64,000 bases of DNA from Octopus sinensis (Eukaryota), in NCBI RefSeq assembly GCF_006345805.1, contig NC_042997.1, positions 144,212,001-144,276,000 on the forward strand, written 5' to 3'. A program made the translations under genes and the position numbers. Within the stretch, counting starts at the first letter, position 1. Each line of letters opens with the position of its first letter. This document shows, piece after piece, positions 22,058 to 33,590 of the stretch. Below the pieces are notes generated by a model that was given only the letters and a program-made list of their open reading frames with translations, did not search any database and was not told the origin of the DNA.

Positions 22058-23118
22058 TTCTAAGGCCATGTAATTTCAACTTATGTCCCCACATTCAGGT
22101 TGGTAGCTTACCCTAATTTTTATCAACACTACTCCACATTTGATTTATGGTTGTGGGGTCCTGGATCCCACACCATTTTTTTCCATTTCCTTTCACCCTA
22201 CTCTTACCAAACTTGTACGTCTTTGGTATTTAGATATAGTGACTGCATGTTTGTGAGTTGTATGTCTTGTCTGTCAGATTGATAATGCATACTGCATTTA
22301 TAGTGTAATATCATACATTACTGAACACTGAAACATGTGTAACAGATGAAAGAACTGAATACCAAGTTCAAGGACATGTTCTTTTCTCTCATTATCAAAG
22401 TACTCTTTATATTATTTTATATCCCTCTATAGACTGCACAGGACCTCAAAAGGTCCTATGCAATAGTAGGAGTTCAGTGTGAAAATAATAAGAGCTAAAA
22501 CCTGAATAGTAAAATTGTTGTGCTCTGTGCGATCTATTTGTTTGTTTGTATGTATGTATGTATGTATGTATGTATGTATGTATGTACGTATGTATGTATA
22601 TATGGATGGATGGATGGATGGATGGATGGATGGATGGATAGATGGATGGATGGATGGATAGATGGATGGAATAGTTACTATGAAGCATTGTGTAGAACAT
22701 TGTTTAAAGGATCGTGGGTAAGGTCAAAACAATGCGAAGTAAAAGCAAGGCAAATCACAAGAAAACAAATATATCAATTTATTGCAGACTTACCTTGCAT
22801 TCAATATTTTGGGGTTATGACCCCATGCTGAAGAAATTAACGAATGTTAATTTCTTGAGGAGTAATGTATAGTGTGCTGTTCCATGATGGTAAAATCAAT
22901 AAAAAATGTGAGAGATAAATATTATTTAATAAACACAGTATATACATTTTTTATTGTCTGAGGATTGCATGAAGGCACTAGATGTGTTATAAAATGCTGT
23001 CTGTGTTTTCATCGCATGAAACTATCAGTAGTTCATAAAAATACAGATTTTATTAAAATATATACATATTTATATATATATCTGTAAATGTAATATGTGA
23101 CAATTATTCGGTAGCCAT

Positions 23119-23179
23119 GACAAAACTCCGAGTTTCGGATGCTGAGGTGGAAATCCACGCCGCCATCTCTTCAGTTATC
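23119..23179 (-). ncRNA. Hammerhead motif with extended stem II upstream of a Penelope-like ORF
   Basis: GAUAA-CUGAAGA-GAUG..GUGG(auuu)CCAC..CAUC-c-GAAA-CUC(g)GAG-U-U-UUGUC. Confidence 0.65.
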
Positions 23180-23226
23180 CAGCCATCGGAAAAATGCTAT
23201 GAAAATGACCCGTGGAAGAATTCAGT

Positions 23227-23400
23227 ATGGATGCCTACTATATCGATTATTCTATGAAAAACATACCTATACCATCAAGGAAACTATACTTTAAGAAACT
23301 TTTTAGAGAAAATTACAGACCTGATTAAGCGCATGAGATGAAAAGCTTTCTTTTACAACATGGAAGAGGACACTACAGAAAATATATTCTATGGTATAAA
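23227..23400 (+). pseudogene. Penelope-like retroelement ORF, N-terminal fragment
   Basis: MDAYYIDYSMKNIPIPSRKLYFKKL/LEKITDLIKRMR*KAFFYN, with one frameshift and W changed to a stop. It matches the YSxKNIPIP...IKRMRWKAFF motif I recall at the start of Penelope-like ORFs. Confidence 0.7.
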
Positions 23401-23807
23401 ATTTTAGGTCAGATATTACCTTGGTAGGGTCGGAAATGCCTCGTGAAAATATCTGTTCCGACTTGGGCTATTTCTTACTGAAGAATCTGAGGGCCTATGG
23501 AAGATTGGCTTGATTGATTTAATTTAATCAGGTTAGTTTACCATAAAACAGCAGATGAAACGGTGCATTGTATAAGAAATTACAGGGTAAATGTTTTTTA
23601 AATTTTCTCCTGTTTACGGAATGATTTTTATTTGCGGTGAAGCTTTGGCTGTTATTTCTAGTGGGTGAATGGCCTATTATGGCCGTTCCTGATTGTTGAT
23701 GTTGAACTTAAAATGGTCTATGACTATTTAATTTTTTCCCACTAGGCCGCTGGTGGCAAAAAAATTCTACAAAATTTTTTTTGCCACCCTATATTGATTA
23801 ATTATGA

Positions 23808-23838
<31 letters not shown>

Positions 23839-24031
23839 ATATATATATATTATAACATAATCCATTTGTTAATTGTATATTTTAAAGATTTTTTTATCTA
23901 CATAATTAATAATTTTTCATTTAAGAAAATGCTTTTTAAATACTGTAACAGCTATAATGCTTTATATATATATCTTCTTAGAAAAACATGTGAATTTCAG
24001 AATTGATATCACGAAAGATAAATTCAATATA

Positions 24032-24812
24032 TAGGCACAGGAGTGGCTGTGTGGTAAGTTATAGGTGCAGGAGTGGTTGTGTGGTAAGTTATAAGTGCAG
24101 GAGTGGTTGTGTAGTAAGTAGCTTGTTTACCAACCATATGGCTCCAGGTTCAGTCCCACTGCATGACACCTTGAGCAAGTGTCTTCTACTATAGCCTTGG
24201 GCCAATCAAAGCCTTGTGAGTGGATTTGGTAGATGGAAACTGAAAAGGCAGCGAGCTGGTAGAAAAGTTAGCGCGCCGGGCGAAATGCTTACCGGTATTT
24301 CGTCTGCCGCTATGTTCTGAGTTCAAATTCCCCCGAGGTCGACTTTGCCTTTCATCCTTTCGGGGTCAATTAAATAAGTACCAGTTATGCACTGGAGTCA
24401 ATGTAATCGACTTAATCTGTTTGTCTGTCCTTGTTTGTCCGCTCTATGTTTAGCCCCTTGTGGGTAGTAACGAAATAGGAAACTGAAAGAAGCCCGACGT
24501 ATATAGGTATATATATTATGTGTGTGTGTGTGTATGTGTGTGAGTGAGCATGTGTATGTGTGTGTGTGTGTTGTGTGTGTGTGTGAGTGAGCGTGTGTAT
24601 GTGTGTGTGTCTGTATTTGTCCCCCGCCAACATTGCTTGACAACTGATGCTGGTGTGTTTACGTCCCCGTAACTTAGCAGTTCAGCAAAAGAGACCGATA
24701 GAATAAGTACTAGGCTTACAAAGAACAAGTCCTGGGGTCGATTTGCTCGACTAAAGGCAGTGATGCAGCATGGCCGCAGTCAAATGACAGAAACAGATAA
24801 AAGAGTAAGAGT
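24032..24812 (+). mobile_element. SINE family A composite (triple head) interrupted by a family B SINE
   Basis: Three 30-bp head units, body, insertion, TG tract and 3' module. Confidence 0.9.
24246..24477 (+). mobile_element. SINE family B, near full length, nested, 11-bp TSD
   Basis: GGAAACTGAAA is duplicated at 24235-24245 and 24478-24488. Confidence 0.9.
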
Positions 24813-24988
24813 ATATTTTAATTTATTTTCCCATCTCTTACAACATGATGAAATCAACTTAAAACCTACTAAAAATAGTAGCATATTTTGATAAATATGT
24901 AAATATTTTCTTCCGTTTGTTCATAATCAAATTTCTGTTTCTCAGTATATGTATGTAAATATGTGTGTTGTGTGTGTGTGTGTGTGTG

Positions 24989-25034
<46 letters not shown>

Positions 25035-25159
25035 ATTATAGAGCAATCTCAGGTATAACAATATAATCTGGAACTCGACTGAGGAAAGAAAACTCCAAAT
25101 GACCCGTCGTTGTATTCTTTGTATTGTCTATCAGAATGGTTTGCGTTCTTGTCCATTTT

Positions 25160-25206
<47 letters not shown>

Positions 25207-25450
25207 ATATACCATTATTTGTTATTATTATATACTACTATTTATTTATTATTTCATACTTTATTTAGTTCTTGGTAAATGTTTTATAGTATCTTTAACA
25301 TTTTTCTATATGGTATGATTTAAGTATGTCATCATTGAATTGCTACATGGTGGTTCTTCTCTAATTTATATACATTTATATTTATATATACGTAACATAT
25401 TATATATATGGCGTATAATATATATATATATATAATAATATTACACAAAA

Positions 25451-25492
<42 letters not shown>

Positions 25493-25684
25493 CATATGTA
25501 CGTATATATATATATGTCTGGCACTAGTCGCCATGATAGATCGTTAGCCACTACACACTTTTTTTCTCTCCTTGTTTTATCTGTGTCCCTTTCTGAGCAT
25601 TATACTAATACATCTGTTTGTTTTGTACAACACCTGTCTTCATCTTTTGTTTTTTTCGTAAACTCTCCCTATATATATATGTAT

Positions 25685-26168
25685 GGCCGATGCCAGCACC
25701 GCCTCGTCTGGCTTCCGTGCCGGTGGCACATAAAATACACCAATCCGACCGTGGCCGTTGCCAGCCTCGCCTGGCACCTGTGCAGGTGGCACGTAAAAAG
25801 CACCCACTACACTCACGGAGTGGTTGGCATTAGGAAGGGCATCCAGCTGTAGAAACACTGCCAGATAAGACTGGAGCCTGGTGCAGCCTTCTGGCTTCCC
25901 AGATCCCCGGTCGAACCGTCCAACCCATGCTAGCATGGAGAACGGATGTTAAACGATGATGATGATGATGATGATATATATATATATATATGTACCTATA
26001 TATATATATATATATATATATATGTGAGTGGTTGCGTTAGGAAGGCATCCAGCCGTAGAAACATTTCCAGATCGACTGGGGCCTGGTGCAGCCTTCTGGC
26101 TTCCCAGACCCCAGTTGCACCGTCCAACCCATGCCAGCATGGAAAGCGGACGCTAAACGATGATGATA
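25685..26168 (+). mobile_element. Two tandem RTE 3' tails
   Basis: One tail at ~25685-25975 with two upstream modules and a second tail at ~26025-26168, each ending in (GAT)n. Confidence 0.85.
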
Positions 26169-26193
26169 TCTATATACATATATATACATATAG

Positions 26194-26248
<55 letters not shown>

Positions 26249-26269
26249 TATTATATATATCTATATATA

Positions 26270-26314
<45 letters not shown>

Positions 26315-26656
26315 TATATATATTATATATATATATATATAATGTATGTATGTATTATAAATATATACTTTTTCGTAGTTTTCAGCTTATTCAGCTTAGA
26401 GCTGAGGCTATGCTGGAGCACTGCCATTTTAGGTAGGTTCATCTGGGAATCTCGACAGGATGATATCCAACCTTAATTTGAAAACACCTACATCCATTTT
26501 GTGCAGGTTCCTCAGGCTGTTTGGGAGAATATTAAAAAGCTGTGGGACCCTGAAACCCAGGCTATTTCAGTAACTGGTCCTGAAGCACGATAGTATTGCT
26601 GGGATCTCTGGCAATGTGAAGTGGTGACCCGTTATGTCATTGGTGTAGCTTTAATA

Positions 26657-26689
<33 letters not shown>

Positions 26690-26756
26690 GAGTGTGTATG
26701 TGTGTGGGTATATATATGTATATATACACAAATATATATATATGTATATGTATTTC

Positions 26757-27035
26757 TATGCATATATATGGATGGAAGCACTCCGTCGGTTACAACGATG
26801 AGGGTTCCGGTTGATCTGAATCAACGGAACAGCCTGCTCGTGAAATTAACGTGTAAGTGGCTGAGCACTCCACAGACACGTGCACCCTTAACCTAGTTCT
26901 CGGGGATATTCAGCGTGACACAGGGAGTGACAAGGCCGGCCCCTTGAAATACAGGTACAACAGAAACAGGAAGTAGGAGTGAGAGTAAATGGTGGTGAAA
27001 GAGTACAGCAGGGATCACTACCATCCCCTGCCAGA
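26757..27035 (+). mobile_element. Unclassified SINE-like dispersed repeat
   Basis: A CpG-rich island in TA tracts (GGAAGCACTCCGTCGG...CAGCCTGCTCGTGAAATTAACGTG...CAGCGTGACACAG) that I recognise as a common octopus repeat. There is a single copy in this window. Confidence 0.5.
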
Positions 27036-27037
27036 GC

Positions 27038-27082
<45 letters not shown>

Positions 27083-27087
27083 GTATG

Positions 27088-27147
<60 letters not shown>

Positions 27148-27619
27148 CATACACACATAGATTATACAATATATGTATATATCAACAATATTAAAAATAA
27201 AGATTATATATACACACACACACACACAAATACATACATATATACTCACACTCGTATACATACACACACATACAGATAAATAGAGACACACACATATGGT
27301 AGGAAGGGCATCTGGCTGTTGAAACCATGCCAAAACAGACATTGGGGCTTAGTGCAGTTCTCAGGCTCACCAGTTCCTGTGAAATTGTCCAGCCCATGCC
27401 AGCTAGTTGAAAGGCTGTTAATGATGACGATGATGATGATGATGATGATGTATATATATACATATATATATATATGTGTGTGTGTGTATAGATATTTATA
27501 ATTATATTTGGGAATGGTCATATTTTTGCCAACTGAATAATAAATATATGTATACATATATATTACATTATTTATTCATATATACATATATATATATATA
27601 TATTTGTGTATATGTATGC

Positions 27620-27669
<50 letters not shown>

Positions 27670-28731
27670 TAATAGTATATAGTTATATGTATAAATTACT
27701 TATGCCTTTATCAACTTTTCTATTTATGTACATATGTATCTATGTATGTATTTACATATGTACATTTGTACATATGCACGTGTATATATGTATGTATGTA
27801 TTATGTATGTATGTATGTATGTATGTATGTATGTATATATATATACACACACACACATATATATATATTATATACATATATATATATGTTATGTATGTAT
27901 GTACCTGTGTATGTGTGGGTATATGCTCACATATTGCACCATGAGAATATTTATATATATATATATATATATGTAATGTACATTTTATATTATATATGCT
28001 ATATACATACAATACATACATATATATATATATATATGATTTATATATATATAAACATACATATACATACATAAATATATATATATATATATATATTCTA
28101 TATATATATATTATATTATATATATATATATTTATGTATGTATATGTATGTATGTACTTGTGTACGTGTAGGTATACAGATGCCCACATATTGCACCATG
28201 AGAAGAATATTTACCATTGTCTGGTGTGCTACTGAATTGCAGAAGCTTATATTATCTCAGAAGAGGTAGCTTACTGATTACTCAGAGATATTTTTCAAGA
28301 AATAACTAAATATATATTTTAATGACTCAAGGAGTGCTCTTGGTGTTCTTTAAGGCCAGATGTAAATATAAAACACTATGAGTTAGTGAAGTGTAGTTTG
28401 ATTAAGGTTAAATGAAGAGTGTGGCAACATTAAAGTGGTTGTTCTTTTTGTCACACCACACCTTAATTTTTTTATATGAGAGTGTGGAGTGTGTGATATA
28501 AATTTCCTCTGTATAAAGAATATAAATAAAAAAATATACATGCACACACATGTGCATACTTAAATACACACACACAAAACCCATATATCTGTCTGTCTCA
28601 ATCTCTCTCTCTCTCTCTCTCTATGTATATATATATATATATTGGGTGTCTGGCATGGTTTGTCCGATGTTACAGATATCGGACGGGTATGTTTGATTCT
28701 TAGTATTTTCAAATCTAAATCAGAAGAAATC

Positions 28732-28793
28732 TCTGAGCTGATGAAGGAAAAGTGGCGTTTTACCCACAAATCCAGAAACAGACTGTCCTCGGG
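28732..28793 (+). ncRNA. Hammerhead motif with extended stem II
   Basis: UCUGAG-CUGAUGA-a-GGA(aaa)GUGG(cguuuuac)CCAC(aaa)UCC-a-GAAA-CAG(a)CUG-U-C-CUCGGG; the triplet is GUC. Confidence 0.7.
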
Positions 28794-28970
28794 TATCATA
28801 TGGATGTGATCTTCATTGTTTTTTTCCCTTATACCTATGTGAGTTATTTTCTGAGTATGCATTGTCTGGAGACTTTTATTTGCAGTTGAAGAAATAGCCA
28901 ATTTTTGGCTGCTATTTCTGAAAAGTTCGGTGGTGTGGTAAAGTGAATTTTTTTACTTTACCATATTTTT

Positions 28971-29003
<33 letters not shown>

Positions 29004-29706
29004 CATCATCATCATCATCATCATTTAATGTCTGCTTTCCATGCTAACATGGGTTGGACGATTTGAGTGAGGACTGGCGAAACAGATGGCTGCACCAGGC
29101 AGAGTTTCTACAGCTGGATGCCCTTCCTAACGCCAACCACTCTGAGAGTGTAGTGGGTATATTTACGTACCACTGGCACGAGGGCCAGTCTGGCAATACT
29201 GGCAACAGCCACGCTCAAATGGTGTTTTTACGTGCCACCCGCACGAAGTCAGCACTGGCAATGACCTCGCTTATATATATATATATATATATCCTTCTTC
29301 CTTCTTTCCTGAGTGTCCAATAATACTATATTTGTTCCACGTCCTCGCGTTGTTGTGTTTTTTTGTTTGGATTAACTATATATATATATATGAGCACCAC
29401 CAGCAAAAGAATTTTTTCCTCTGTTTCCTGTCTCGGGATCTTTCCTTCTCCTTTGTTTCCAATGAAGAGCTCGCTCAAAACGTTAACCCTCTTCCCTTCT
29501 TTCCTGAGCATCAATAATACTTTAATTGTTCCACGTCCTCGCGTTGCTGTGTTTTTTTGTTGTTTTCTTGTTTGGATTAACTTTATGTATATATAATGTA
29601 TGTATATATATATATATATTGGGTGTCTGGCATGGTTTGTCCGATGTTACAGATACGGACGGGTATGTTTGATTCTTAGTATTTTCAAATCTAAATCAGA
29701 AGAATC

Positions 29707-29767
29707 TCTGAGCTGATGAAGGAAAATGGCGTTTTACCCACAAATCCAGAAACAGACTGTCCTCGGG
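29707..29767 (+). ncRNA. Duplicate of the 28732-28793 hammerhead motif
   Basis: Same sequence with one G missing in the apical stem II helix. Confidence 0.55.
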
Positions 29768-30242
29768 TATCATTATGGATGTGATCTTTCATGTTTTTTC
29801 CCTTATACCTATGTGAGTTATTTTCTGAGTATGCATTGTCTGGAGACTTTTATTTGCAGTTGAAGAAATAGCCAATTTTTGGCTGCTATTTCTGAAAAGT
29901 TCGGTGTGTGGTAAAGTGAATTTTTTTACTTTACCATATTTTTATAAATTATATATCTATATATATATATATATATCATCATCATCATCATCATCATTTA
30001 ATGTCTGCTTTCCATGCTAACATGGTTGGACGATTTGAGTGAGGACTGGCGAAACAGATGGCTGGCACCAGGCAGAGTTTCTACGTGGATGCCCTTCCTA
30101 ACGCCAACCACTCTGAGAGTGTAGTGGGTATATTTACGTACCACTGGCACGAGGGCCAGTCTGGCAATACTGGCAACAGCCACGCTCAAATGGTGTTTTT
30201 ACGTGCCACCCGCACTTGAAGTCAGCACTGGCAATGACCTCG

Positions 30243-30277
<35 letters not shown>

Positions 30278-30445
30278 CTTCTTCCCTTCTTTCCTGAGTG
30301 TCCAATAATACTATATTTGTTCCACGTCCTCGCGTTGTTGTGTTTTTTTGTTTGGATTAACTATATATATATGTATATATGAGCACCACCAGCAAAAGAA
30401 ATTTTTTCCTCTGTTTTCCTGTCTCGGGATCTTTCCTTCTCCTTT

Positions 30446-30480
30446 GTTTCCGATGAAGAGCTCCGCTCAAAACGTTAAAC
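30446..30480 (+). ncRNA. Degenerate minimal hammerhead motif (U4C, G12A); duplicate at 29455-29487
   Basis: GUUU-CCGAUGA-a-GAGC(ucc)GCUC-AAAA-CGU-U-AAAC. The stems are intact but the core is mutated. Confidence 0.45.
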
Positions 30481-30606
30481 CCTCCTTCCCTTCTTTCCTG
30501 AGCATCAAATAATACTTTAATTGTTCCACGTCCTCACGTTGCTGTGTTTTTTTCTGGTGTTTTCTTGTTTGGATTAACTTTATGTATATATATATATGTA
30601 TGTATA

Positions 30607-30655
<49 letters not shown>

Positions 30656-30831
30656 TATTTCGCTTTTGGATTTGGTTTGCAAGATTCTTCATGTGAGTTC
30701 GTTGAAAAGGTTGCAAGATGCAATGAAAATTTTAGAAAAATAAAAAGAAATAAGTGGAAATTTTATCAGTTAGTGTGTTAAATTATAAGACACTAAAAGA
30801 GAATGACTCTCCCCAGAAACAACAGTACATA

Positions 30832-30862
<31 letters not shown>

Positions 30863-31245
30863 ATATATATATTGGTCACCCCAAGGCTATAGTAGAAGAC
30901 ACTTGCCCAAGATGCTACGCATTGGGACTGAACCACGAACCATGTGGCTGGGAAGCAAGCTACTTACAACACAGTCACTCCTGCACCTACATATACATAT
31001 GTATGTATGTATGTATGTATGGATGGATGGATGGATGGATGGATGGATTGATGGATGGATATATTAACTACATAACACTGTAGTAAATGTTTAATTCCAA
31101 ATTGTAGATGAATGATAATTTTACAGACTAATTTATCTGTACTAGTTGACATCGTATTCCTAAAGTTATTCTAAGAGCACTATAGAAATTTGAGAAAGGG
31201 ATAGCAAGAAAAAAAGTAACTTATACAAAAATCTCTCAGATTCTT

Positions 31246-31276
<31 letters not shown>

Positions 31277-31295
31277 TTATTATTATTATTATTAA

Positions 31296-31333
<38 letters not shown>

Positions 31334-31336
31334 TTT

Positions 31337-31373
<37 letters not shown>

Positions 31374-31647
31374 ATGTTGTTATTATCCTTATTTATTTAT
31401 CTATTCATTCATTTATTTATTTATCTTTTTGGTAAAAACTGTTTTAAGTGCCTTATTCAAATGCAACATATCTGGGATGGTGCTTTCCTTTTTGTTGCAT
31501 ATGTATTTTGTACTTTTTTATGTTTTTATTAACATAATAGATACATGCATGTGAATAGTTGAATCACATCTTATTCATGCATGGCTACCCTATTCTCCCA
31601 CTAACTCAATCACATATGTGTGTGTGTGTGTGTATTATGTATATGTA

Positions 31648-32671
31648 CAGCCTTGGCCAAATGTATTAGGCCACCCCAATGTTTTGGGGCTCTGCTATCT
31701 CAATGTTAATGAAACTCGTGCACATGGTAGATTATGGTATATTTCTCAATATACATTAGTTTTAATATCTGGCTGACCCTCCTTTAGCATCAGTTACCGC
31801 TTTTATGTGGTTAGGCATTGAATCAACTAGTTTCTTGCAGGTGCCAGGTGCAATTTTACTCCATTCTTCTCTTAACGTTTGGTACAAATATTCTTTTCTT
31901 TCAATTCTTGAGTTCCTGATAGCTTCACCAAGAGTTCCCCATTTGTGTTTGATTGGATCTAGATCGAGACTTTGAGTGGGACAGTCCATGGGAACAATAG
32001 CCTGTGTCTCAAACCATTGATGAGTATTCTTTAGCAATTGATGGCTCTAAAATATCTGATAACATAGAAGTATAGGTAGCTGAGTTTATCCTTCCTTGAC
32101 ATAAAAACATTTCCCCAGGTCCTGTGGCAGACATTCAGTCCCACCCCATATTAGAACCACTCCCATGTTTTATGGTTGGTACCAGACATTCAACCTTAAA
32201 TGCTTCCATAAGTCTGCGACACATGAAAGTTGCACCACATGTACAAAAAACCTGACTAAAAACATGAAAAATATTAGCTTTATGTTGGATACATTTTTTT
32301 AATATATTTTGGGCAAAAAACAACAAACCAGTTACATTAAGTTTATATGTTGATTGAATACATGTACTATCTTACCTCATAGTTACTTTCATCAGACCAT
32401 ATGACTTTTGACCATTGCTCACTGGTCCAATTTGAGTGATCTTGGCCCACAGAAGACGTTTTTCCATATTTGCTTCAGAAACCCATGGCTTCTTGCTGGC
32501 TTTACAGACTTTCTGACTGTACTCTACAAGCCTTCTTCAAACAGTTCTGGTTGATATTTGTGAAGTACTTGCCTTGTTGAAGTCTGCACAGAGCTCTGAC
32601 GATGTTTCATTAACATTGGGACAACAGAACTCCAAAACATTGAGGTGGCCTAATACTTTTGGCCAAGGCTG
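31648..32671 (-). mobile_element. Tc1-family DNA transposon, internally deleted
   Basis: TA-flanked TIRs CAGCCTTGGCCAAA.GTATTAGGCCACC.CAATGTTTTGG at both ends. Transposase remnants PTIKHGSGSNMGW, PTQSLDLDPIKHKW and KAVTDAKGGSARY. Confidence 0.95.
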
Positions 32672-32699
32672 TATATATTATATATAATATATGTATAAA

Positions 32700-32743
32700 G
32701 ATATACATCCTACACGTTTATAAATTTACATTTATAAATTTAC

Positions 32744-32813
<70 letters not shown>

Positions 32814-32827
32814 TATATATTATATAT

Positions 32828-32860
<33 letters not shown>

Positions 32861-33059
32861 TATGTATGCATGTATGTATGTATAATATATATATATATAT
32901 TATATATATATATATAATATATATATATATATACATGTATATATACATGTATATATATATATGTATATATATATATATAATATATATATATACATACATA
33001 CAGATACATATGTATATATATGTGTGTGTGTATATATATATGTGTGTGTGTGTGTGTAT

Positions 33060-33090
<31 letters not shown>

Positions 33091-33107
33091 CATGTATATA
33101 TATTTAT

Positions 33108-33200
<93 letters not shown>
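32700..33200. repeat. Long (TA)n-based microsatellite
   Basis: Directly visible. Confidence 0.95.
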
Positions 33201-33201
<1 letters not shown>

Positions 33202-33590
33202 CATTTTTTCAAGCTGTATAAACTCTGCCAAAACTGACAGTGAAGCCTGGTATAGTCTTCTGGCTAGTCAGCTCCTGGCAAACCTTCCAACCCATGTGGA
33301 TATGGAAAATGGACATTAGATGATGATGATGATGATGATGTTATATATTCTTTCTTTCCTTCATTCTTTTACTTGTTTCAGTCACTTGACTGTAGCCATG
33401 CTGGAGCACCGCCTTTAGTCGTACAAATTGATCCTAAGGCTCATTCTTTGTAAGCCCAGTACTTATTCTGTCAGTCTCTTTTGCCAAACTGCTAAGTGAT
33501 GGCAACATAAACACACTAACATAAGTTGTCAAAGCGATGGTGGGGGGGGGGACAAACACAGACACACACACAAACATATAAATACATATA

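Larger units (their letters stand above)
28641..30650. repeat. ~977-bp tandem duplication (two copies) bounded by (TA)n tracts
   Basis: 28641-29617 is colinear with 29618-~30650. Differences are mostly single-base indels. Confidence 0.95.

Noticed and set aside
25060-25115. CTGAGGA...CCAAATG hammerhead-like string
   Set aside because: There is no GAAA and no stem II pairing.
26480-26515. Minus-strand CTGAGGA followed by a 7-bp helix
   Set aside because: The helix is followed by GTTT rather than GAAA, so this is probably chance.
7098-33319. Long ORFs rich in YI/HT/CM/IIII/NNNN/DDDD/RRRR (e.g. 7098-7577, 19399-19746, 27752-28189, 32659-33237)
   Set aside because: These are translations of microsatellites, with no codon-level complexity.
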